Shown here piece after piece: positions 40,001-51,588 of a DNA stretch of 55,124 bases. Position numbers and translations under genes: made by a program. Every line of letters begins with the position of its first letter. Position 1 is the stretch's first letter. The stretch covers positions 1-55,124 of the forward strand of contig JAUCBJ010002839.1 in NCBI GenBank assembly GCA_032718475.1, written 5' to 3'. Under the pieces are notes generated by a model. The model did no database searches. It was given only the letters and a program-made list of their open reading frames with translations, and was not told where the DNA came from. Source of the DNA: Nemertoderma westbladi. Lineage: Eukaryota; Animalia; Xenacoelomorpha.

Positions 40001-43000
40001 TTTGGGGACTATGAGAAGTCAGTATATAGCCCGGGAGGTAGGTCCAGGGTCAAGAGGGCAGTTTGGGGACTAGGAGAAGTCAGTATATAGCCCGGGTGGT
40101 AGGTACCAGGGTCAACAGGATAGTTTGGGGACTTGGAGAAGTCAGTATATAGCCCGGGTGGTAGGTACCAGGGTCAACAGGATAGTTTGGGGACTTGGAG
40201 GAGTCAGTATATAGCCCGGGTGGTAAGGTACCAGGGTCAACAGGACAGTTTGGGGACTAGGAGGAGTCAGTATATAGCCCGGGTGGTAGGTACCAGGGTC
40301 AACAGGGCAGTTTGGGGACTATGAGAAGTCAGTATATAGCCCGAGTGGTAGGTACCAGGGTCAACAGGATAGTTTGGGGACTATGAGAAGTCAGTATATA
40401 GCCCGGGAGGTAGGTACCAGGGTCAACAGGATAGTTTGGGGACTTGGAGGAGTCAGTATATAGCCCGGGTGGTAGGTACCAGGGTCAACAGGATAGTTTG
40501 GGGACTTGGAGGAGTCAGTATATAGCCCGGGTGGTAGGTACCAGGGTCAACAGGGCAGTTTGGGGACTATGAGAAGTCAGTATATAGCCCGGGAGGTAGG
40601 TACCAGGGTCAACAGGATAGTTTGGGGACTTGGAGGAGTCAGTATATAGCCCGGGTGGTAGGTACCAGGGTCAACAGGACAGTTTGGGGACTTGCAGGAG
40701 TCAGTATATAGCCCGGGAGGTAGGTACCAGGGTCAACAGGATAGTTTGGGGACTTGGAGGAGTCAGTATATAGCCCGGGTGGTAGGTACCAGGGTCAACA
40801 GGACAGTTTGGGAACATAGAGGAGTCAGTATATAGCCCGGGAGGTAGGTACCAGGGTCAAGAGGGCAGTTTGGGGACTTGGAGGAGTCAGTATATAGCCC
40901 GGGTGGTAGGTACCAGGGTCAACAGGACAGTTTGGGGACTTGGAGGAGTCAGTATATAGCCCGGGAGGTAGGTACCAGGGTCAACAGGATAGTTTGGGGA
41001 CTAGGAGGAGTCAGTATATAGCCCGGGTGGTAGGTACCAGGGTCAAGAGGGCAGTTTGGGGACTTGGAGGAGTCAGTATATAGCCCGGGTGGTAGGTACC
41101 AGGGTCAACAGGACAGTTTGGGGACTTGGAGGAGTCAGTATATAGCCCGGGAGGTAGGTACCAGGGTCAACAGGATAGTTTGGGGACTAGGAGAAGTCAG
41201 TATATAGCCCGGGTGGTAGGTACCAGGGTCAACAGGACAGTTTGGGGACTTGGAGGAGTCAGTATATAGCCCGGGAGGTAGGTACCAGGGTCAACAGGAT
41301 AGTTTGGGGACTATGATGAGTCAGTATATAGCCCGGGTGGTAGGTACCAGGGTCAAGAGGGCAGTTTGGGGACTTGGAGGAGTCAGTATATAGCCCGGGT
41401 GGTAGGTACCAGGGTCAACAGGACAGTTTGGGGACTTGGAGGAGTCAGTATATAGCCCGGGAGGTAGGTACCAGGGTCAACAGGATAGTTTGGGGACTTG
41501 GAGGAGTCAGTATATAGCCCAGCTGGTAGGTACCAGGGTCAAGAGGATAGTTTGGGGACTAGGAGGAGTCAGTATATAGCCCGGGAGGTAGGTACCAGGG
41601 TCAACAGGACAGTTTGGGGACTTGGAGGAGTCAGTATATAGCCCGGGTGGTAGGTACCAGGGTCAAGAGGGCAGTTTGGGGACTTGGAGGAGTCAGTATA
41701 TAGCCCGGGTGGTAGGTACCAGGGTCAACAGGACAGTTTGGGGACTTGGAGGAGTCAGTATATAGCCCGGGAGGTAGGTACCAGGGTCAACAGGATAGTT
41801 TGGGGACTTGGAGGAGTCAGTATATAGCCCGGGTGGTAGGTACCAGGGTCAAGAGGGCAGTTTGGGGACTTGGAGGAGTCAGTATATAGCCCGGGTGGTA
41901 GGTACCAGGGTCAAAAGGACAGTTTGGGGACTTGGAGGAGTCAGTATATAGCCCGGGAGGTAGGTACCAGGGTCAACAGGATAGTTTGGGGACTTGGAGG
42001 AGTCAGTATATAGCCCGGGTGGTACCAGGGTCAACAGGAAAGTTTGGGGACTTGGAGGAGTCAGTATATAGCCCGGGAGGTAGGTACCAGGGTCAACAGG
42101 ACAGTTTGGGGACTTGGAGGAGTCAGTATATAGCCCGGGAGGTAGGTACCAGGGTCAACAGGATAGTTTGGGGACTTGGAGGAGTCAGTATATAGCCCGG
42201 GTGGTAGGTACCAGGGTCAACAGGATAGTTTGGGGACTTGGAGGAGTCAGTATATAGCCCGGGAGGTAGGTACCAGGGTCAACAGGATAGTTTGGGGACT
42301 TGGACGAGTCAGTATATAGCCCGGGTGGTAGGTACCAGGGTCAACAGGACAGTTTGGGGACTTGGAGGAGTCAGTATATAGCCCAGCTGGTAGGTACCAG
42401 GGTCAAGAGGGCAGTTTGGGGACTTGGAGGAGTCAGTATATAGCCCGGGAGGTAGGTACCAGGGTCAACAGGATAGTTTGGGGACTTGGACGAGTCAGTA
42501 TATAGCCCGGGTGGTAGGTACCAGGGTCAATAGGACAGTTTGGGGACTTAGGGGAGTCAGTATATAGCCCAGCTGGTAGGTACCAGGGTCAAGAGGGCAG
42601 TTTGGGGACTTGGACGAGTCAGTATATAGCCCGGGTGGTAGGTACCAGGGTCAAGAGGACAGTTTGGGGACTTGGAGGAGTCAGTATATAGCCCGGGAGG
42701 TAGGTACCAGGGTCAAGAGGGCAGTTTGGGGACTTGGAGGAGTCAGTATATAGCCCGGGTGGTAGGTACCAGGGTCAACAGGGCAGTTTGGGGACTTGGA
42801 GGAGTCAGTATATAGCCCGGGAGGTAGGTACCAGGGTCAAGAGGGCAGTTTGGGGACTTGGAGGAGTCAGTATATAGCCCGGGTGGTAGGTACCAGGGTC
42901 AAGAGGGCAGTTTGGGGACTTGGAGGAGTCAGTATATAGCCCGGGTGGTAGGTACCAGGGTCAAGAGGGCAGTTTGGGGACTTGGAGGAGTCAGTATATA

Positions 43001-46000
43001 GCCCGGGTGGTAGGTACCAGGGTCAAGAGGGCAGTTTGGGGACTTGGAGGAGTCAGTATATAGCCCGGGAGGTAGGTACCAGGGTCAAGAGGGCAGTTTG
43101 GGGACTTGGAGGAGTCAGTATATAGCCCGGGAGGTAGGTACCAGGGTCAACAGGACAGTTTGGGGACTTGGAGGAGTCAGTATATAGCCCGGGAGGTAGG
43201 TACCAGGGTCAAGAGGATAGTTTGGGGACTTGGAGGAGTCAGTATATAGCCCGGGAGGTAGGTACCAGGGTCAACAGGATAGTTTGGGGACTTGGAGGAG
43301 TCAGTATATAGCCCGGGAGGTAGGTACCAGGGTCAACAGGATAGTTTGGGGACTTGGAGGAGTCAGTATATAGCCCGGGAGGTAGGTACCAGGGTCAAGA
43401 GGATAGTTTGGGGACTTGGAGGAGTCAGTATATAGCCCGGGAGGTAGGTACCAGGGTCAACAGGATAGTTTGGGGACTTGGAGGAGTCAGTATATAGCCC
43501 GGGAGGTAGGTACCAGGGTCAAGAGGGCAGTTTGGGGACTTGGAGGAGTCAGTATATAGCCCGGGAGGTAGGTACCAGGGTCAACAGGATAGTTTGGGGA
43601 CTTGGAGGAGTCAGTATATAGCCCGGGAGGTAGGTACCAGGGTCAAGAGGGCAGTTTGGGGACTTGGAGGAGTCAGTATATAGCCCGGGTGGTAGGTACC
43701 AGGGTCAACAGGATAGTTTGGGGACTTGGAGGAGTCAGTATATAGCCCGGGTGGTAGGTACCAGGGTCAACAGGACAGTTTGGGGACTATGAGAAGTCAG
43801 TATATAGCCCGGGTGGTAGGTACCAGGGTCAACAGGATAGTTTGGGGACTAGGAGGAGTCAGTATATAGCCCGGGTGGTAGGTACCAGGGTCAACAGGGC
43901 AGTTTGGGGACTATGAGAAGTCAGTATATAGCCCGGGTGGTAGGTACCAGGGTCAACAGGATAGTTTGGGGACTAGGAGGAGTCAGTATATAGCCCGGGT
44001 GGTAGGTACCAGGGTCAACAGGACAGTTTGGGGACTTGGATGAGTCAGTATATAGCCCGGGTGGTAGGTACCAGGGTCAAGAGGGCAGTTTGGGGACTTG
44101 GATGAGTCAGTATATAGCCCGGGTGGTAGGTACTAGGGTCAACAGGATAGTTTGGGGACTAGGAGGAGTCAGTATATAGCCCGGGTGGTAGGTACCAGGG
44201 TCAACAGGACAGTTTGGGGACTTGGAGGAGTCAGTATATAGCCCGGGTGGTAGGTACCAGGGTCAACAGGACAGTTTGGGGACTTGGATGAGTCAGTATA
44301 TAGCCCGGGTGGTAGGTACCAGGGTCAAGAGGGCAGTTTGGGGACTTGGATGAGTCAGTATATAGCCCGGGTGGTAGGTACCAGGGTCAACAGGATAGTT
44401 TGGGGACTATGAGGAGTCAGTATATAGCCCGGGTGGTAGGTACCAGGGTCAACAGGACAGTTTGGGGACTTGGAGGAGTCAGTATATAGCCCGGGTGGTG
44501 GGTACCAGGGTCAACAGGACAGTTTGGGGACTTGGATGAGTCAGTATATAGCCCGGGTGGTAGGTACCAAGGTCAACAGGACAGTTTGGGGACTTGGAGG
44601 AGTCAGTATATATAGCCCGGGTGGTAAGGTACCAGGTTCAACAGGACAGTTTGGGGACTTGGATGAGTCAGTATATAGCCCGGGTGGTAGGTACCAAGGT
44701 CAACAGGACAGTTTGGGGACTTGGAGGAGTCAGTATATAGCCCGGGTGGTAGGTACCAAGGTCAACAGGACAGTTTGGGGACTTGGAGGAGTCAGTATAT
44801 ATAGCCCGGGTGGTAAGGTACCAGGGTCAACAGGATAGTTTGGGGACTAGGAGGAGTCAGTATATAGCCCGGGTGGTAGGTACCAGGGTCAACAGGACAG
44901 TTTGGGGACTTGGATGAGTCAGTATATAGCCCGGGTGGTAGGTACCAAGGTCAACAGGACAGTTTGGGGACTTGGAGGAGTCAGTATATATAGCCCGGGT
45001 GGTAAGGTACCAGGTTCAACAGGACAGTTTGGGGACTTGGATGAGTCAGTATATAGCCCGGGTGGTAGGTACCAGGGTCAACATGACAGTTTGGGGACTT
45101 GGAGGAGTCAGTATATAGCCCGGGTGGTACCAGGGTCAACAGGACAGTTTGGGGACTTGGATGAGTCAGTATATAGCCCGGGTGGTAAGGTACCAGGGTC
45201 AACAGGACAGTTTGGGGACTTGGAGGAGTCAGTATATAGCCCGGGTGGTAAGGTACCAGGGTCAACAGGACAGTTTGGGGACTTGGATGAGTTAGTATAT
45301 AGCCCGGGTGGTAGGTACCAGGGTCAACAGGACAGTTTGGGGACTTGGAGGAGTCAGTATATAGCCCAGCTGGTAGGTACCAGGGTCAACAGGGTAGTTT
45401 GGGGACTTGGAGGAGTCAGTATATAGCCCGGGTGGTAGGTACCAGGGTCAACAGGATAGTTTGGGGACTTGGAGGAGTCAGTATATAGCCGGGGTGGTAG
45501 GTACCAGGGTCAACAGGACAGTTTGGGGACTTGGAGGAGTCAGTATATAGCCCGGGTGGTAGGTACCAGGGCCAACAGGATAGTTTGGGGACTTGGAGGA
45601 GTCAGTATATAGCCCAGCTGGTAGGTACCAGGGTCAACAGGACAGTTTGGGAACATAGAGGAGTCAGTATATAGCCCGGGTGGTACCAGGGTCAACAGGA
45701 CAGTTTGGGGACTTGGAGGAATCAGTATATAGCCCGGGTGGTAGGTACCAGGGTCAACAGGACAGTTTGGGGACTTGGAGGAGTCAGTATATAGCCCGGG
45801 TGGTACCAGCGTCAACAGGATAGTTTGGGGACTTGGAGGAGTCAGTATATAGCCCAGCTGGTAGGTACCAGGGTCAACAGGATAGTTTGGGGACTTGGAG
45901 GAGTCAGTATATAGCCCGGGTGGTAGGTACCAGGGTCAAGAGGGCAGTTTGGGGACTTGGATGAGTCAGTATATAGCCCGGGTGGTAGGTACCAGGGTCA

Positions 46001-47857
46001 ACAGGATAGTTTGGGGACTAGGAGGAGTCAGTATATAGCCCGGGTGGTAGGTACCAGGGTCAACAGGACAGTTTGGGGACTTGGAGGAGTCAGTATATAG
46101 CCCGGGTGGTGGGTACCAGGGTCAACAGGACAGTTTGGGGACTTGGATGAGTCAGTATATAGCCCGGGTGGTAGGTACCAAGGTCAACAGGACAGTTTGG
46201 GGACTTGGAGGAGTCAGTATATATAGCCCGGGTGGTAAGGTACCAGGTTCAACAGGACAGTTTGGGGACTTGGATGAGTCAGTATATAGCCCGGGTGGTA
46301 GGTACCAAGGTCAACAGGACAGTTTGGGGACTTGGAGGAGTCAGTATATAGCCCGGGTGGTAGGTACCAAGGTCAACAGGACAGTTTGGGGACTTGGAGG
46401 AGTCAGTATATATAGCCCGGGTGGTAAGGTACCAGGGTCAACAGGATAGTTTGGGGACTAGGAGGAGTCAGTATATAGCCCGGGTGGTAGGTACCAGGGT
46501 CAACAGGACAGTTTGGGGACTTGGATGAGTCAGTATATAGCCCGGGTGGTAGGTACCAAGGTCAACAGGACAGTTTGGGGACTTGGAGGAGTCCGTATAT
46601 ATAGCCCGGGTGGTAAGGTACCAGGTTCAACAGGACAGTTTGGGGACTTGGATGAGTCAGTATATAGCCCGGGTGGTAGGTACCAGGGTCAACATGACAG
46701 TTTGGGGACTTGGAGGAGTCAGTATATAGCCCGGGTGGTACCAGGGTCAACATGACAGTTTGGGGACTTGGATGAGTCAGTATATAGCCCGGGTGGTAAG
46801 GTACCAGGGTCAACAGGACAGTTTGGGGACTTGGAGGAGTCAGTATATAGCCCGGGTGGTAAGGTACCAGGGTCAACAGGACAGTTTGGGGACTTGGATG
46901 AGTTAGTATATAGCCCGGGTGGTAGGTACCAGGGTCAACAGGACAGTTTGGGGACTTGGAGGAGTCAGTATATAGCCCAGCTGGTAGGTACCAGGGTCAA
47001 CAGGGTAGTTTGGGGACTTGGAGGAGTCAGTATATAGCCCGGGTGGTAGGTACCAGGGTCAACAGGATAGTTTGGGGACTTGGAGGAGTCAGTATATAGC
47101 CGGGGTGGTAGGTACCAGGGTCAACAGGACAGTTTGGGGACTTGGAGGAGTCAGTATATAGCCCGGGTGGTAGGTACCAGGGCCAACAGGATAGTTTGGG
47201 GACTTGGAGGAGTCAGTATATAGCCCAGCTGGTAGGTACCAGGGTCAACAGGACAGTTTGGGAACATAGAGGAGTCAGTATATAGCCCGGGTGGTACCAG
47301 GGTCAACAGGACAGTTTGGGGACTTGGAGGAGTCAGTATATAGCCCGGGTGGTAGGTACCAGGGTCAACAGGACAGTTTGGGGACTTGGAGGAGTCAGTA
47401 TATAGCCCGGGTGGTACCAGCGTCAACAGGATAGTTTGGGGACTTGGAGGAGTCAGTATATAGCCCAGCTGGTAGGTACCAGGGTCAACAGGACAGTTTG
47501 GGGACTTGGAGGAGTCAGTATATAGCCCAGCTGGTAGGTACCAGGGTCAACAGGATAGTTTGGGGACTTGGAGGAGTCAGTATATAGCCCAGCTGGTAGG
47601 TACCAGGGTCAACAGGACAGTTTGGGGACTTGGAGGAGTCAGTATATAGCCCAGCTGGTAGGTACCAGGGTCAACAGGACAGTTTGGTGACTTGGAGGAG
47701 TCAGTATATAGCCCGGGTGGTAAGGTACCAGGGTCAACAGGACAGTTTGGGGACTTGGAGGAGTCAGTATATAGCCCAGCTGGTAGGTACCAGGTTCAAC
47801 AGGACAGTTTGGGGACTAGGAGGAGTCAGTATATAGCCCGGGTGGTACCAGGGTCAA
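22025..47857. repeat. 62-bp G-rich satellite array (~400 monomers) with higher-order duplications
   Basis: Monomer GCCCGGGTGGTAGGTACCAGGGTCAACAGGACAGTTTGGGGACTTGGAGGAGTCAGTATATA. It is interrupted only at 27998-28898. Variant patterns recur at offsets 3285 (4188 across the insert), 2725 and 1611. Confidence 0.99.
27998..28898. mobile_element. 901-bp non-autonomous TIR DNA transposon (MITE), probably CMC/EnSpm superfamily
   Basis: Left end CCCAGTGAAAAGTGCGCAAGCGTATCGCAAG; reverse complement of right end CCCAGTGAAAAATGCGCATGCGTATCGCAAG. 2-bp TSD CA at 27996-97 and 28899-900. Subterminal tcgca/tgcga/cacatg repeats, AT-rich core and no transposase. The superfamily is inferred from CCC termini plus 2-bp TSD. 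Confidence 0.93.
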
Positions 47858-48131
47858 TCCCATCGTAAATTTTAATTTTGTTCTTATATATTGACCGAAT
47901 GAGTTTAAATAATAATTTTCCTCTTATTCAAAATTGAGTATACATCTTTTGCAGCAATATATTTCTGTCGGCCATGTCGATGTCGAACGCCTTTTTAAAA
48001 TTAATAAATGCGGCGTAAACTGGTTTAGATTTGGTCCCATGCACATTGACATGTACAAAGTCTATAAATTTCTTGAGAACTTGCCTTGTGGAACGGCTGG
48101 AAATAAACCCATATTGCCCCGGAGGAAACAA
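47858..48131 (-). pseudogene. Decayed non-LTR retrotransposon reverse-transcriptase fragment
   Basis: QYGF..RST...VYAAFINFKKAFD..DRNILLQKMYTQF*IRGKLLFKLIRSIYKN matches the RT QxGF and DFxKAFD regions. The catalytic-motif D is changed to N and there is an in-frame stop. It is cut at the satellite edge. Confidence 0.85.
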
Positions 48132-48139
48132 GTGTGTAA

Positions 48140-48193
48140 TACAATAAAACCTATTATCATAATGATAATATTATGATAATAGGTTTTATTGTA
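48140..48193. mobile_element. Perfect 24-bp-arm palindrome; probable minimal Tc1/mariner-pogo-like MITE
   Basis: TA-CAATAAAACCTATTATCATAAT-gataat-ATTATGATAATAGGTTTTATTG-TA. The palindrome is directly visible; the transposon call is inferred from the TA flanks and CA..TG ends. Confidence 0.55.
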
Positions 48194-49388
48194 ATGTATG
48201 TGTATTTCCATCAATATTGATATAATTGGACTTTGGCATAATTACATTAATTATCATTTTTAAGATATATTACTAGAGTATCTGTTGATACATAGTACTA
48301 GAGTATAATAGTTTTGTCTAATAGTATAATATCTGATTTTTTCTCTACTACAAAATGATAAATTAATGTGTTTTTATTTTTTATTTTATATATTTTTTAT
48401 GTGATTTATTGGCATTGAGATGCCATTGGATTGGAACAATTATAATTATCTCGCTTTTAAAGGCGGATTTAAAACATAACCCATTGATTAGAGTTTTACA
48501 TAACCTAGAGCAACTAATCAATTAATAGATTAAGAATGGATCAGTTCTTATGAGTAACTGTGTCAGTATAAATCAGGTTTACTGTGCAGTGTTACTTCTA
48601 TCCCCCACATCATAACGATAGTGTACATCGAAATTCAGTCCGTCTTCAGTTTCTGGAAATGGATTGTTTTCGGCTGGGACCCAGTTCAAAATGCCATTGA
48701 ATGATACAGAACCAAGTGGTCACACGCCCCAGATATAATATAAATATTAAGTGCAAAGTGACTTCGTCACTTCTCCAGCGATGACACTGTCTTATTGTGG
48801 TGAAGTAAAGGTTAGACTTAATCTACGCGGTAGCAGAACTAACGACATGGTAGGTCTTGTTTGTTGTAACAGGCCATTGTGAGATCCAGCTTCACACTAC
48901 AGCTGAGCAACAGGCATGAGTTTCTTGCAGCTTAGGCAGCTGATCATTGCGAGGGCTATACTGCGTTCACATATTCACAGTTAATTTAGCAGCAGAATTT
49001 AACATGCCTAACGCTGGATAAATTATATTTTTTTTAAATTGTGATTTAATTACAAATATTGAAAAGTAAGTTAAAGAATTCCCTATAAAATTTTTATACT
49101 TTTGTATTGGACCCTAAATTTTTGCATGCAAGCTCAGAATTAAATTCTCTTTCGAATGGTATCTGACAGTTTTGGCTGGCCAGGGGGGGGGGGGGGGGGG
49201 TGGGGGTTTAGTTTCACCCGGTAGTTTCAGTTTGTAACTTGTAGCAGTTGTTCGGTGGAGTCACACTGATGTAGGCCTGTGCCATCTAAGGATATTTATT
49301 TACCTATAATATAGAAATAGAAAAAGATTTATCACATTTCTGCCAACCTAATACTATTATATCCTAGCAACATAGCAAGGAGAAGAAC

Positions 49389-50372
49389 ATGGATTATGAT
49401 GATACATATATTATTATATTTATCAGCTTGACCGCCCCGATAATATTTGCTTCAGTAATCGTTGGCAACACATTGTTGTTATTAGTCGTAGCTACTAATA
49501 AAGAAATGCGAAACACATCCAGCATATTAATGTCTAATTTGTGTGTCTCTGATATATTGGTAGGAACCATTTGTGGCATTCCTACAATTTTAACATTCAC
49601 AATTCGCTACCCTGAATGGTTTCTTGGCGATTTCATGTGCAGATTCAGCTGGTACGCTATTCCTACAAGTTATTCTGCATCTGTTTTATTTATGCTAGCT
49701 ATTTGCATTGAGCGATATATTGTTATCGTTAAACCGTTCCTAATCACAAAGCTAATGATGTGGCCTCATATAGTTGAAGGAGTGGCATTAATAGTATGGT
49801 TGATTTCTTTATCAGTGAATGCCACGTATATTGTATTTACCCATTTAGATGTACAATATTATTATGGTAGTAACATGACGATATGTTTATTAGATGCAAA
49901 CGCTGAGAAAGTATTAGATATATACGGGAGTGTATTTTTGTTTTTAATTCCTATTATTGTTATGGGTATTCTATATACCATAACTATCCTCACTCTGATA
50001 AGATCGATAGAAAACTTAACAACGAAATCCACTGCAGATTCGGTTTCTATTAAACTACAACAAGAAACATCCAGCCATGTTCGAGAACGTAAACGAATAA
50101 TGATTATGTTTATTGTTATTCTGGTTTGTTTCGTGCTGTGCTGGCTGCCTTACCATATCCGAAACTATCTCAAGTTCTACCACTGGATCAATCAAACTGA
50201 TTACCAAACTAGTATATGGACTTCTATTTGCAGCCAATTCTCTATATTTTTATCATGTGGATTAAATCCAATTATATTCTTGTGTTGCTCTTCCCGGTTT
50301 CGTTCTGGGTTAACAAAGCTACTTACATGTCAATGGAGAAGAAAACCTAACAGAAAAGAACAAGTTCCATAA
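49389..50372 (+). CDS. Class A (rhodopsin-like) peptide GPCR, trissin-receptor-like; uninterrupted ORF
   Basis: Seven hydrophobic segments. TM1 GN, TM2 NLxxxD, ECL1 WFLGDFMC, TM3 SYSAS...ICIERY, TM5 IP...Y, TM6 CWLPYH, TM7 NPIIF, helix 8 FRxxL. SYxAS...ICxERY and LPYHxR recall protostome trissin receptors. The subfamily call is from recalled motifs and is less certain than the GPCR call. Confidence 0.93.
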   Translation: MDYDDTYIIIFISLTAPIIFASVIVGNTLLLLVVATNKEMRNTSSILMSNLCVSDILVGTICGIPTILTFTIRYPEWFLGDFMCRFSWYAIPTSYSASVLFMLAICIERYIVIVKPFLITKLMMWPHIVEGVALIVWLISLSVNATYIVFTHLDVQYYYGSNMTICLLDANAEKVLDIYGSVFLFLIPIIVMGILYTITILTLIRSIENLTTKSTADSVSIKLQQETSSHVRERKRIMIMFIVILVCFVLCWLPYHIRNYLKFYHWINQTDYQTSIWTSICSQFSIFLSCGLNPIIFLCCSSRFRSGLTKLLTCQWRRKPNRKEQVP

Positions 50373-51588
50373 TTAGAAAATATTGGTGGAAGCGGTGTAT
50401 CTACTGCTAATCTAACTCAAGTTGAATTCATAAATATTAGAACTGCAAGTGAATAATAGATACGATTCTGTATCTCACCTTTTATTTCATACTCTGATGA
50501 TGTTGGCCTGCCATAAGATCACCAAAACAGCCAAAAAAATACACCAAACAGATGCCATAAGAACAGGAATAAGTGGTAAACACCAACCAGCCTGTGAAGT
50601 TTCACTTTAAGTTTTACTGTTCACTTTCTAGGGCTCGAACTCACAACCTTCTTGTTGGCCACCTGACGTCCTTCCGTACCTGGACAATCTGATCTGTTAT
50701 TTATAAGATATGATGGATTTGGCATCGCGATACTAAACACCATGCCATTTCTTCGAGGCTGTGTTCTACATTACCGGTATGTTGTAATTATCCTGAAGAA
50801 GTTTCAACAATACAAACAAACTCACGAAATGTTAAGTCCCGTAGCTCAGCTCGACATTAATTGATTATTGATACAAAGAACAACATTCAACTTCAACAGT
50901 TATCGATTATGCGATATTGTTGAGTTTCACTTCCGACACAACATTATTAATAACAAAGAATTAATATTAGTAATTTCAATAGCAATTACTTAGTTAGTGG
51001 GACCACCCCGCTGGGCTAATAATCGTAGTAACTGAACTTAGAAATTAGGAGAGAACTGATATATTATATTATAATTACTGGACTAATTTACAGACGTCAA
51101 CATGTAAGAGAATAAATAAAACCGGAGGTAGATATTGTACAACTCAATATGTTGGGTGTGTTTACAGCTAGTGATCCATAGGACACAACATAGCAGTCTA
51201 TAGCCAGGATATTGATTGCTTCAGGATATTTCTCATTATATACTCAGGATAATTCAGGATATGATATGGCTGTTCATTTTTACAAAAAGGGCCGCCATTT
51301 TTTAAAAGAAATTTGTTCAAATAAGACCAAAAAGTAAGGTGGGGTGGGTTTTGAGCAGAAGCATCATCTGAAGCAAGATGCGAGATGTCGGGGTATTATT
51401 CACTACATTTGCACAGGTGGTACTATTGATTATGTATTAATTATATGCACTAATTATTATCCACTATTTAGTGTATAATTGCAATAAATTTCCAGCAGTA
51501 AACCAGAAAAGATTACCTTGTCTTGATTCTATGGAAACGTATATCAACACCAATATTACTACTAATATTGCTAGACATATTGTTTAAG

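Noticed and set aside
21956-47836. Dozens of ORFs (MEESVYSPGGRYQGQQ..., MTLVPPGLY...)
   Set aside because: These are translations of a 62-bp (non-triplet) satellite, with stops recurring every few monomers and alternative start codons.
1-47857. CRISPR array interpretation of the 41-, 29- or 62-bp repeats
   Set aside because: Monomers are head-to-tail with no unique spacers, there are no cas genes, and the context is eukaryotic.
21901-47857. Whole 62-bp array as a piggyBac-like insert (tcaa|CCCT...AGGG|tcaa)
   Set aside because: Only 4 bp of inverted match, the right 'TSD' is part of every monomer, and excising it does not restore the RT frame.
22025-47857. Canonical G-quadruplex array
   Set aside because: There are only three GGG tracts per monomer, with loops longer than 7 nt. 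The G-skew is real, but G4 formation is not supportable by eye.
48580-48970. Moderately GC-rich stretch upstream of the GPCR with short minus-strand open frames
   Set aside because: It has multiple stops and no motif I can identify.
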